DNA of 64,000 nucleotides from an uncultured Desulfobacterales bacterium (GTDB taxonomy: Bacteria > Desulfobacterota > Desulfobacteria > Desulfobacterales > Desulfobacteraceae), in the NCBI GenBank assembly GCA_964397015.1, contig CAYNHL010000002.1, positions 201 to 64,200 of the forward strand. The letters run 5' to 3'. Shown here one piece after another: positions 36,021-44,735 of the stretch. The notes beneath the pieces are model-generated. The model saw nothing but the letters and a program-made list of their open reading frames with translations, did no database searches and was not told the origin of the DNA. Both the position numbers and the translations under genes were made by a program. The number at the start of each line of letters is the position of its first letter. Positions within the stretch are counted from its first letter, which is position 1.

Positions 36021-37580
36021 CTATTCAATGACCAGGTCACCGAAATAGGGGAAGTTCATTGCATTGATGATCGGACGGACACGGACGTTTTTCTTTGCAC
36101 CATAGGAATGGTTCTGCCAGTGATAGGGAACAAAGGCGGCGTCGTCGTAGAGAATCTGCTCGACTTCCTGGAGCATGCTGGCCCTCTTGTCAAGGTCTGT
36201 TTCAGACTGGGCTGCCAGGACAAGCTCGTCCACTTTCGGGTTGCAGTACATGCCTGAGTTGAACTGGCCGTAGCCGGTCTCGGCATCAGGGCACATCGTC
36301 AGGAATTCAGAGAAATTGCCGGAATCTTCGGTATCTGAATGCCATCCGATCATCATCATGTCGGCAGCCTTTGCATCGAATTCATCCCAGTACTGTGCCT
36401 TGGGCAAGGTTTTCAGGTTGACCTTGATGTTGATTTTTCCCAGCATCTGGGCGGTGGCTTCTGCAATCTTGGCATCATTGACATAACGGTTGTTGGGAGC
36501 CATCATGGAAATCTCGAAGCCGTCTTCATAACCGGCTTCCTTCATGAGTGCCTTGGCTTTTTCAAGATCATAACGGGGTTTGAGGTTTTCCTTGTACCCG
36601 ACATATCCCCTGGGACCCTGCTGGCCAGCAACTGTGGCGGTGCCTTTCATGATCTGCTGAACGATGCCTGTATTGTTGACTGCATGTACGATAGCCTGGC
36701 GGACTCTGACATCCTTGAAGGCGGGAACCCTTTCCTGGTTCATCTGGAAAGTGATGATCCGGCCGCCGGAAATTGTTTCAAGCTTGACCTTGTCGTCAGA
36801 GTTGATGCGTTTGAAATCCTGGGGCGGTACCGGAGAGATGAAATCCACGTCACCTGACAGCAGGGCGGCCACGCGGGTGGCGTTTTCCTTGATCGGGGTC
36901 AGGGTCAGCTCGGTAACGTTGCCCGGGCAGTTTGCATCCCAGTAATCGGGATTGCGTTTTAAAACGAGTTTTACGCCGTGATCACGTTCAGCAACGGTGA
37001 ATGCGCCTGTACCGGAGGCATTGTGCTCGGCAAAGGAATCTCCGACCTTGATTACGTCATCTTTTTTCTGGCCGGGTCTTTTGGGATCGTCACCTGAATA
37101 GAATTCAGAATCCAGGGGGAAAATATAGGTGGCCATGTTGATCAGCAGAGCATAGGGTTTTTTGGTTTTGATGTCCACTGTGTAGTCATCCACAACGGTA
37201 CATCCTTCAAATGGTGCAAAAAGGCCCTTGAAGTCAGCGCTTTTGTAAAAGCGGTCAAATGTGAATTTGACATCTTTTGCTGTAAACGGATTGCCGCTGT
37301 GGAATTTGACGCCCTTGCGCAGGTGGAAGCGCATGGTCAGATCATCGATTCTTTCCCAGCTGGTGGCCAGGCGGGGTTCGAATTCCATGTCCTGGGTCCA
37401 GCGTACAAGCGGATCAAATACCCAGTGGGACAGCTGCAGCATGCCGCCGGACAGCTGAACCTGGGGATCGAGCGACACGGGGTCGGCATCGAGTCCGACT
37501 TTGAATGTCTTTGCGCCGGCAGAAGCCGCAAAAGACAGTACCATGAAAAGACTTAGTGCAATCAGTGCTAATTTTTTCAT
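36021..37580 (-). CDS. ABC transporter substrate-binding protein, family 5 (peptide/nickel)
   Basis: Signal peptide MKKLALIALSLFMVLSFAASAGA and family-5 features (LDPQ, FHSGNPFTAKDV, NPDYWD). The start is moved to ATG 37580, after GGAGGG. Confidence 0.9.
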   Translation of the reverse strand: MKKLALIALSLFMVLSFAASAGAKTFKVGLDADPVSLDPQVQLSGGMLQLSHWVFDPLVRWTQDMEFEPRLATSWERIDDLTMRFHLRKGVKFHSGNPFTAKDVKFTFDRFYKSADFKGLFAPFEGCTVVDDYTVDIKTKKPYALLINMATYIFPLDSEFYSGDDPKRPGQKKDDVIKVGDSFAEHNASGTGAFTVAERDHGVKLVLKRNPDYWDANCPGNVTELTLTPIKENATRVAALLSGDVDFISPVPPQDFKRINSDDKVKLETISGGRIITFQMNQERVPAFKDVRVRQAIVHAVNNTGIVQQIMKGTATVAGQQGPRGYVGYKENLKPRYDLEKAKALMKEAGYEDGFEISMMAPNNRYVNDAKIAEATAQMLGKINIKVNLKTLPKAQYWDEFDAKAADMMMIGWHSDTEDSGNFSEFLTMCPDAETGYGQFNSGMYCNPKVDELVLAAQSETDLDKRASMLQEVEQILYDDAAFVPYHWQNHSYGAKKNVRVRPIINAMNFPYFGDLVIE

Positions 37581-38113
37581 CCTACCCTCCAAAAAAAACC
37601 AAAAATTAAATAAAGTTGAACTAATACAAAAAAACAAACGCCACTATCATTTTGTAGCATGTAACAAAAATATAACAATCTGTCAGGACCTACCAGAAAA
37701 AAATAAAATGGTCAAGATATATCAGGGGTATCAACGGGCAGGCGTATGTAAAAATTCCCCGGAAACGGGATATGAAAATGGGTTCATATTTTTCATATGG
37801 AATTTCAGGGATTAGTGAAAATAATTATTGACTATTTTAAAATTTAATGTAATGAATGGTTATTCATTTTTGTACTTTTTATTTTCAAGGGTGTTTAACA
37901 CCATCGCAGTTTTTTTGATGATTGTTACAATCTCTTGTTTTTATAATATTTATCTTTTTTTACTGTATGATTTATTCAAATATCACAGGGATGCAGCAAG
38001 CCTTGTACAGGCGGATGTTTTATATGAGTGTTAATTCATTTGTCTAAATACAGACCGGGTGACATTATTGCATTGCCGACATACAACAACACAGCGACAC
38101 CAGGAGGAAAAAA

Positions 38114-39928
38114 ATGGGACAGCTTATTTCTGATCGCAGGGATATCGATTTTGTCGTTCATGAACAGTTGAACGCACAGCAGCTGGCGGATCTGAATGAC
38201 AATTTTGCGGATTTCAATAAAAAAACCATCGATCTTGTCATTTCAGAAGCAAGGAATTTTGCCTTGAAGGAACTACTTCCGGCAAACAAGGAAGGGGATG
38301 AACAAGGATGCCTTTTGGAGAATGGAGTGGTCAGGACACCGGATTCCTTTAAAAGGCTGTTTGAAATTTTCAATGAAGGAGAGTGGCTGGCAGTGACCGA
38401 GGACCCCGAATGGGGCGGTCAGGGGATGCCCAGGACAATAACTTCGGCTGTGGCTGAGTACTTCAATGGAGCCAATTTTCCGTTCATGATGTATCCGGGC
38501 CTTACCCAGGGGGCGGGTCATTTGGTGGAAAAATTCGGTACCCGTGAGCAAAAGGAAATTTACCTGAAGAATATGTATACCGGGAAATGGACCGGAACCA
38601 TGCTGCTTACCGAACCCGGAGCAGGGTCGGATGTCGGCGCGCTGACCACAAAAGCGGTCAGAAACGATGACGGCACCTTTTCCATTACTGGTGAAAAAAT
38701 CTTTATTTCCGGCGGCGACCATGACCTGGCCGAAAATATCATACATCCGGTCCTTGCAAGAATTGAAGGGGCTCCGGAAGGATCCAAGGGGATTTCCCTT
38801 TTCCTGGTTCCCAAGTACCGGGTCAATCCGGACGGTTCACCGGGCGAGTTCAATGACGTGATCTGCACCGGTCTTGAACATAAACTCGGAATTCATGGAA
38901 ACAGCACCTGTTCATTGTCCCTGGGGTCCAGGGGTAATTGTATCGGAACCCTGCTGGGTGAGGAAAACAAGGGCATGAAGGCCATGTTCCTGATGATGAA
39001 CGAGGCAAGGCGACTGGTTGGATTCCAGGGATTTGCCTGTGCCAGTGCCGCCTACATGTATGCCTTGAATTATGCCAGGGATAGGGTCCAGGGAAAAAAT
39101 CTGCTGGAAGTGATGAACCCGGACGCAGAATCGGTCGCCATCATAAGGCATCCGGATGTCCGGCGCCAGTTGATGATGATGAAGGTGCTGGTTGAAGGAA
39201 TGCGGAGCCTGCTGTATTTTGTGCAGTATTGCGCGGACATGGCGGCCAACGCCGAAAAAGAGGAGGAAAGGGAGAAGTACCAGGGGTTTGTAGAGGTGCT
39301 GACCCCCATTGCAAAGGGGTATGTGACAGACCGGGCTTTTGAGGTCTGTTCCCAGGGGATGCAGGTGTACGGCGGATATGGATACATCGAGGAATATCCC
39401 ATGGCCCAGCTGCTCAGGGACTGCAGGATCACCCTGATCTATGAAGGTACCAACGGGATCCAGGCCATGGACCTTCTGGGCAGAAAACTGGGTCTTAACA
39501 AGGGCAAGCCCATTATGGACCTGTTTGGAGAAATTCAAAAAACCATTGCAGAAGGCAAGGATCATCCCATGCTGGAATCCATGGCCGGGAGGGTGGAAGA
39601 GGCTGCCAACAAGCTTGCCGAAGTCGCGATTCACATGGGAACCACCGCCATGTCGGACAAGGTGCTCAACGCTTTTGCCAATGCTCATCCGTTCCAGGAT
39701 GCAACCGGTGATGTTATCATGGCCTGGATGCACCTGTGGCGTGCCACTATTGCCGTTGGGAAAATTGAAAAGGCAAAGAAGAAAGACAAGGCTTTTTACG
39801 AAGGCATGATAAAATCTCTCCAGTTCTACGTGGAAACCCAGCTGCCCGTCACCATGGGTAGATTTGCCGCCCTGATGAACACCAGTGGTGTGGCCAACGA
39901 GATAGATGACGCTTCTTTCCCTTCCTGA
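38114..39928 (+). CDS. Long-form acyl-CoA dehydrogenase (604 aa)
   Basis: ACAD N, middle and C-terminal domains (LLTEPGAGSD, IFISGGDHD, QVYGGYGYIEEYP, IYEGTNGIQ) plus a C-terminal extension. SD AGGAGG. Confidence 0.9.
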   Translation: MGQLISDRRDIDFVVHEQLNAQQLADLNDNFADFNKKTIDLVISEARNFALKELLPANKEGDEQGCLLENGVVRTPDSFKRLFEIFNEGEWLAVTEDPEWGGQGMPRTITSAVAEYFNGANFPFMMYPGLTQGAGHLVEKFGTREQKEIYLKNMYTGKWTGTMLLTEPGAGSDVGALTTKAVRNDDGTFSITGEKIFISGGDHDLAENIIHPVLARIEGAPEGSKGISLFLVPKYRVNPDGSPGEFNDVICTGLEHKLGIHGNSTCSLSLGSRGNCIGTLLGEENKGMKAMFLMMNEARRLVGFQGFACASAAYMYALNYARDRVQGKNLLEVMNPDAESVAIIRHPDVRRQLMMMKVLVEGMRSLLYFVQYCADMAANAEKEEEREKYQGFVEVLTPIAKGYVTDRAFEVCSQGMQVYGGYGYIEEYPMAQLLRDCRITLIYEGTNGIQAMDLLGRKLGLNKGKPIMDLFGEIQKTIAEGKDHPMLESMAGRVEEAANKLAEVAIHMGTTAMSDKVLNAFANAHPFQDATGDVIMAWMHLWRATIAVGKIEKAKKKDKAFYEGMIKSLQFYVETQLPVTMGRFAALMNTSGVANEIDDASFPS

Positions 39929-39952
39929 TTTTGATACATGACAGCATTTTTT

Positions 39953-39994
39953 CCGGCCGGCATCTTTTTTTTAGGTGCCGGCCGGTTTATTTTT
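39953..39994 (+). terminator. Rho-independent terminator
   Basis: 10-bp GC stem CCGGCCGGCA/TGCCGGCCGG followed by TTTATTTTT. Confidence 0.75.
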
Positions 39995-40035
39995 GACGTG
40001 AATGGTGATATGTACCTTCTTTGACCATAATAACC

Positions 40036-41121
40036 ATGCACAATGAGGATATGATGCCCCGTTTTTTTGCCGATGCACTGCCGTTGTTGATCGGATCGCT
40101 GCCCATGGATGACCATGATGCTGCCACCCGGCTGGTTTTTGAGCATACTCCGCAGATCCCCTTGTGGGTTCAGCTGCCCGGGTATCCGCAGGAAGGCATG
40201 ATTGAACAGTTTATGGACGGACTTCCCGGTCTTGTCAAAACCCCGGAAAAAAGTTATCTGGATACCGCGGGACCTGATTTTGAAAACCAGGTGCTGGCTT
40301 TTTACGAGGACTATCTTGCCGTCACCGAATCCGGAAAGGAGCTTGCCGGGTCCAGGTTCGAGCTGCCCGATGATAAACGCAGGGGTTTTGACGCTTTTCT
40401 TCGACAGCTCGAAAGGTGCAAGCCGATGCCTCATGCCGTCAAAGGCCAGGTCACGGGTCCGGTGACATTCGGCACCCGGATGACAGACCAGACCGATACC
40501 GCTGTTTTTTACAACGACTCCCTGCGTGACATGGCCATCAAAAAACTGGCCATGAACGCAAGATGGCAGGCGCGGACATTTTCCAGTAAAGGCGCTGTCC
40601 CCATTATTTTTATTGATGAACCGGTCCTTGCCGGCCTGGGTACATCCGCCTATATAACGATTTCATCACAGGCGGTGACCCAGAGTATCGAAGAGGTGGC
40701 TGATGCTGTTCATCAGGAACAAGGTCTGGCCGGGGTGCATGTCTGCGCCAATACAGAGTGGAACCTGTTGCTTGAATCCAATATCGACATAATCAGTTTT
40801 GATGCCTGTCACTATTTTGACCGGTTTATCCTGTACCCTGACCAAATTCTTGCTTTTCTGGAAAAAGGAGGCATCCTGGCCTGGGGGATAGTACCGACAA
40901 TGTCGGCCGGGGAGATCCGGGATGCAACGGTTGATTCGCTGCTGGAGGAATTCAATGTCCAGCTACAGCAGGTATCCGCCCTGGGTATCAGCCGGGAGAC
41001 CATACTGCGTCAGTCTTTCATTACGCCGAGCTGCGGGACCGGCCCGTTGTCCTTTGAACTGGCCAAAAGGGTACTCTCATTGACCAGGGATCTTTCCATG
41101 GTGATCAGGGAAGACGCATGA
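40036..41121 (+). CDS. Hypothetical protein (about 360 aa)
   Basis: Long ORF with normal composition. The start is ambiguous (TTG 40021, ATG 40036, 40051 or 40054). A weak impression of a MetE/URO-D-like barrel is not supportable by eye. Confidence 0.5.
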   Translation: MHNEDMMPRFFADALPLLIGSLPMDDHDAATRLVFEHTPQIPLWVQLPGYPQEGMIEQFMDGLPGLVKTPEKSYLDTAGPDFENQVLAFYEDYLAVTESGKELAGSRFELPDDKRRGFDAFLRQLERCKPMPHAVKGQVTGPVTFGTRMTDQTDTAVFYNDSLRDMAIKKLAMNARWQARTFSSKGAVPIIFIDEPVLAGLGTSAYITISSQAVTQSIEEVADAVHQEQGLAGVHVCANTEWNLLLESNIDIISFDACHYFDRFILYPDQILAFLEKGGILAWGIVPTMSAGEIRDATVDSLLEEFNVQLQQVSALGISRETILRQSFITPSCGTGPLSFELAKRVLSLTRDLSMVIREDA

Positions 41122-41142
41122 TAATCGGTAATATTTTCCCTG

Positions 41143-41820
41143 CTAAGGGTTTACAATGGTTTCGCTGGCAAAATCCGTTCCGGCTTTATCGAGATTTTTG
41201 AAGTACAAAGGGTATTTTTCAAGAGATGCCTTGATTATAAGATCATAGGGAAGATCGCTGAAATTTCCGTGATCCTTCACGTATTCCATGTGCCTGTCAC
41301 CCCTTGTATTGTAAGCGTGAAAAATAGAGTCACAGGTGCCGTCAAACTCCAGCGGCATGACCCCTGCCTTGCTGCAGAGGTTTTTGTCAAAAGCCGGGGT
41401 GGCCTTGACCCACTTCTGGTCCAGGTATAATTCCGTAAATCCATGGTAAATAAACAGGTCTGTTTCCATAAGCGCACGCAGCCGTTTTGAATTCAGGTGA
41501 TTTTTGACATCGGCGAATCCGAGCCGGGCCGGAATGCCCTGGTGTCGAGCGACAGCTGCCAGCAGGACAGCCTTGGCCACGCAATAGCCGTGTTTTTTAT
41601 TTAAAATGGCGCTGGCCTTCATTGACTTCCGGGACGCTTCAAGGCTGTAAGGGTCGTACCGGATACCGTCCCTGACAGCATAGTAAAGGCTTATCGCCTT
41701 TTTTACGGGATCGGTTTCATTGCGGCATGCCTGTTTTGCAAAATTTGAAACAGCGGGTGAGTCAAAGTCCATGAAATAAGTGGGCACAAGGTACAAGCCG
41801 GTATCCAGTTGACGGGGCAT
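41143..41820 (-). CDS. Transglutaminase-like cysteine peptidase domain protein
   Basis: KHGYCVAKAVLLAAVARHQGIPARLGFADVKNH...YHGFTE matches the Cys/His/Asp core pattern. Confidence 0.8.
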   Translation of the reverse strand: MPRQLDTGLYLVPTYFMDFDSPAVSNFAKQACRNETDPVKKAISLYYAVRDGIRYDPYSLEASRKSMKASAILNKKHGYCVAKAVLLAAVARHQGIPARLGFADVKNHLNSKRLRALMETDLFIYHGFTELYLDQKWVKATPAFDKNLCSKAGVMPLEFDGTCDSIFHAYNTRGDRHMEYVKDHGNFSDLPYDLIIKASLEKYPLYFKNLDKAGTDFASETIVNP

Positions 41821-41865
41821 GAAGATATTTCCTTTCTGAAAGCCGGCACAGCCGGCACAGCCTTA

Positions 41866-41885
41866 TTGAAACAGTAGTGTTTCAA
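41866..41885. promoter_or_regulatory. Perfect 20-bp palindrome TTGAAACA-gtag-TGTTTCAA; candidate enhancer-binding-protein site
   Basis: Read directly from the sequence. It lies about 80-100 bp upstream of the sigma54 promoter at 41964. Confidence 0.45.
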
Positions 41886-41963
41886 AATATGAGACAGACC
41901 GATACGGGTCATGGGTACAGTTAAACCTGATTCTACGGGCTTTGTCAAATTTTTTATGACAGG

Positions 41964-41979
41964 TGGCATGTTTTATGCT
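41964..41979 (+). promoter_or_regulatory. Candidate sigma54 (-24/-12) promoter
   Basis: TGGCAT-gtttt-ATGCT, with 10 nt between GG and GC. It has the same -12 form as the pspA promoter and lies about 60 nt upstream of the ATG at 42039. Confidence 0.6.
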
Positions 41980-42038
41980 CATGTATTTTATAAAAAATGC
42001 ATATGACCTGATTCACAAAGAAATTAAAGAGGATTTTC

Positions 42039-42725
42039 ATGCCACAGGGCCGGAAAAACAAACAAAAAGCGGGACAGATTCTGCAGATATCCGACAGGCA
42101 GGCCGCACTTGAGCAATTGCAGCAGATTCCGGACAATCAATTGATTGCCCCGCTGATGGGATTTTTCTACAGCACGGATGACCTGATCCGGTTTCGCAGC
42201 ATTGAAGCTATGGGGCATCTTGCGGTTCGCATGGAACAAAAAAAGCGTGAAAAAACCCGTGATCTTTTAAGGCGGCTGATGTGGAACCTGAATGATGAAT
42301 CAGGCGGCATCGGGTGGGGTTCGGCGGAGGCCATGGGTGAGATATTGTGCCGCTGTCCCGTGCTGGCAGCAGAATTCGGTTCCATTCTACTGGCATACCT
42401 GGATCCCCGCGGAAACTACATAGACAACGAAAGCCTGCAGCAGGGCATATTGTGGGGAATCGGGACATTTATGGCAACTGCCGGGAAAACAGCGGCGGAC
42501 TCAATTGATAACATTGCCGCCTTCCTGGAATATAGTGACCCTGTAAAACGGGCATACGCGGTTCGGGCACTGTGCCGCTGTCAAGGATACAACCGGGAAT
42601 TTCCGGGGCATATTTACAGGGACGATCACCCGGTCTGGATTTTCAAAAACTGGGAAATGATTCGTACCACAATTTCCGGGCTGGCGGCCTGCCTGTCCGA
42701 AGGAATGGAAAAAAACCAATGTTAA
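42039..42725 (+). CDS. HEAT/armadillo-like repeat protein of unknown function
   Basis: 228 aa, all-helical, with repeat-like segments (DDLIRFRSIEAMGHL, DPVKRAYAVRALCRC). Confidence 0.6.
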   Translation: MPQGRKNKQKAGQILQISDRQAALEQLQQIPDNQLIAPLMGFFYSTDDLIRFRSIEAMGHLAVRMEQKKREKTRDLLRRLMWNLNDESGGIGWGSAEAMGEILCRCPVLAAEFGSILLAYLDPRGNYIDNESLQQGILWGIGTFMATAGKTAADSIDNIAAFLEYSDPVKRAYAVRALCRCQGYNREFPGHIYRDDHPVWIFKNWEMIRTTISGLAACLSEGMEKNQC

Positions 42726-42970
42726 AGAAAAAATGTGATAACAACATCGCACGCACCATCGAGCTGGCCGAAAGGATGATACAGCTGGCAGCCGAAGGGG
42801 ATGCCCATCGTGAGGACCCAGGATGCGGCATTCTTTACGGTATTCTCCTGGATTCAGGATTCCGTCTTTTAAAACTGGCTGAAAAGGAAAAACAGGCCCA
42901 TATGGACAAGGGCTGGTGGCAGCAGTCAGGACCGGTTCAAGATCCTGTTGCTAAAAAAGGTCCTTTATGA
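42719..42970 (+). CDS. Small hypothetical protein (83 aa)
   Basis: ATG 42719 overlaps the upstream stop, and its own stop overlaps the ferredoxin ATG (ATGA). The track ORF starts further upstream at 42572, inside the previous gene. Confidence 0.5.
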   Translation: MLKKKCDNNIARTIELAERMIQLAAEGDAHREDPGCGILYGILLDSGFRLLKLAEKEKQAHMDKGWWQQSGPVQDPVAKKGPL

Positions 42971-43152
42971 AACAACCAGTGATTGATATGTCATCCTGTG
43001 TGCTGTGCGGCATCTGCACGGAGCTTGCGCCGAATGTGTTTTACTTCAACGATCTTGGCTTCATTGAAGTGCTGCCTTTGCCCGATTATTCTGATCCCGC
43101 CGTCCACGATGCCATGATAAACTGCCCTAAAGACTGCATCCTGTTTGAATGA
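42967..43152 (+). CDS. Small single-cluster ferredoxin
   Basis: 61 aa with CVLCGICTELAP and a distal CPKDC, the pattern of monocluster [3Fe/4Fe-4S] ferredoxins. Confidence 0.8.
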   Translation: MKQPVIDMSSCVLCGICTELAPNVFYFNDLGFIEVLPLPDYSDPAVHDAMINCPKDCILFE

Positions 43153-43278
43153 CCTTTTTTATCCTTCCCCGTTTTTCCATATTTTTCTTTGAATAATCAT
43201 TGCATCTGATACACAAATGTGCCATGTAACACCTGTATGCGCAGGGCAATATCCTGTGGTGACGTATAATAGGGATAA

Positions 43279-43322
43279 CTCGACTTTCGGGCTTCATGAC
43301 CCCATTTACTCCGAAAGTTGAG
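43279..43322 (+). promoter_or_regulatory. 5'-leader hairpin built from the intergenic repeat; the 3' arm runs into the SD
   Basis: CTCGACTTTCGG (43279-43290) pairs with CCGAAAGTTGAG (43311-43322): 12 bp including one G-U, with a 20-nt loop. TATAAT at 43265-43270. SD GAGGGGGA starts inside the 3' arm. ATG at 43334. Confidence 0.5.
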
Positions 43323-43333
43323 GGGGATAATAT

Positions 43334-44716
43334 ATGGAACAATTCAACCATCGGCTGCTTGGCAGCGATGATCTTGTAACGGTAATCGACAACCTGAAGA
43401 TAGGTGTCATTGCACATACCATGGAAAGAACCATTACGCTTTTCAACAGGGAGGCCGAACGGATTACCGGCTTTTCCAGAAAAGAGGTGCTTGGCCGGGA
43501 TTGCCACGTGGTTTTTCAGGCTCCTTTTTGCGGGGGCAAATGCTCCTTTTGTAACGGGAATCCCGATTTTTCGGCCGGGTTCAAGGAATACCCGATCAAT
43601 TTCATTTCACGGGACGGCACCACCCGGCAGATGGAGATGACTGTGACGCCGATGAAGGATTCTTTGAAAAATGTCGTTGGAGTCCTGGCAGCTTTCAGGG
43701 ACCTGACCCAGACCCTGGATTTGTCCTTTAAAGCGGAAACCCTTTCCAGTTTTACCGGGATTATCGGCAAAGAAAAGGTTATGCAGGAAATATTCAAGCA
43801 GATACGGGACGTGGCGGTTTATCATTACCCGGTTCATATTTTCGGGGCCACGGGGACAGGAAAGGAACGGGTGGCCAATGCCATCCACACGATAAGTTCC
43901 TACGGCCATGGTGCTTTTGTGCCTGTCAACTGCGGTGCCATACCGGAAGGTATTGTCGAAAGCGAGTTGTTTGGTCATGTAAAAGGTGCTTTTTCAGGGG
44001 CAATCAGGGAACGCAAAGGTCGTTTTGAGCTGGCCCACAAGGGAACACTTTTTTTGGACGAGGTGGCGGAACTGCCATTGAAAACTCAAGTCAAACTGCT
44101 GCGGTTTCTCCAGGAAGGTGTGTTCGAGAAAGTGGGGGGAGAAAAGCCCGTATCCGTGGAAACCCGTATTATCAGCGCCACCAACAAGGATCTGAAGGCA
44201 GAGGTCGCGGCCGGCAGGTTCAGGGAAGACCTGTATTACAGGCTCAATGTGATTCCGATTAAACTGCCGCTCTTGAAACAGCGCAAGCTTGATATCCCGC
44301 TTCTGATCGACCATTTTTTAAAGGAAGCAGAAGAGGAAAGCGGGCGGAAGGCTCCGAAAATTTCTTCAAAAGCACTGGATCTCATGCTCAAGTATCACTG
44401 GCCGGGAAATGTCCGGGAGTTGAAAAACGTGATCCAGTTTTCAGTGGTCCATTCAAAGGGTGATCATATCCTGCCCCGGGATCTTCCAATGGAACTGTTC
44501 GGGCCCCAGGAATCGAAGCAGGATGGACCCGGTTCAAGCGGGGACTATCCAGGGCCGGTTGCCGGAAAACTTGATCCGGTATCGGTAAAAGCCGCCCTTA
44601 AAACTGCAGGAGGAAATAAATCAAAGGCTGCAAAACTGCTCGGTGCCGGCAGGGCAACCCTTTACAGGTTTTTAAAACAGAACCCGGATATAAATGAATA
44701 TGCCAATAACCTCTAA
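43334..44716 (+). CDS. PAS-domain sigma54-dependent transcriptional activator
   Basis: N-terminal PAS with a Cys-rich segment (CGGKCSFCNG), AAA+ core (GATGTGKE, GAFSGA, ESELFGHVKGAFSG), and a C-terminal Fis-type HTH. Confidence 0.9.
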   Translation: MEQFNHRLLGSDDLVTVIDNLKIGVIAHTMERTITLFNREAERITGFSRKEVLGRDCHVVFQAPFCGGKCSFCNGNPDFSAGFKEYPINFISRDGTTRQMEMTVTPMKDSLKNVVGVLAAFRDLTQTLDLSFKAETLSSFTGIIGKEKVMQEIFKQIRDVAVYHYPVHIFGATGTGKERVANAIHTISSYGHGAFVPVNCGAIPEGIVESELFGHVKGAFSGAIRERKGRFELAHKGTLFLDEVAELPLKTQVKLLRFLQEGVFEKVGGEKPVSVETRIISATNKDLKAEVAAGRFREDLYYRLNVIPIKLPLLKQRKLDIPLLIDHFLKEAEEESGRKAPKISSKALDLMLKYHWPGNVRELKNVIQFSVVHSKGDHILPRDLPMELFGPQESKQDGPGSSGDYPGPVAGKLDPVSVKAALKTAGGNKSKAAKLLGAGRATLYRFLKQNPDINEYANNL

Positions 44717-44735
44717 ATCGGGACAAGTATAAAAA

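Noticed and set aside
37828-38034. 68-aa ORF in the AT-rich intergenic region
   Set aside because: It has a TTG start, no SD, and a Phe/Leu/Tyr/Ile-rich product that reflects AT bias. It overlaps the putative promoter and operator elements.
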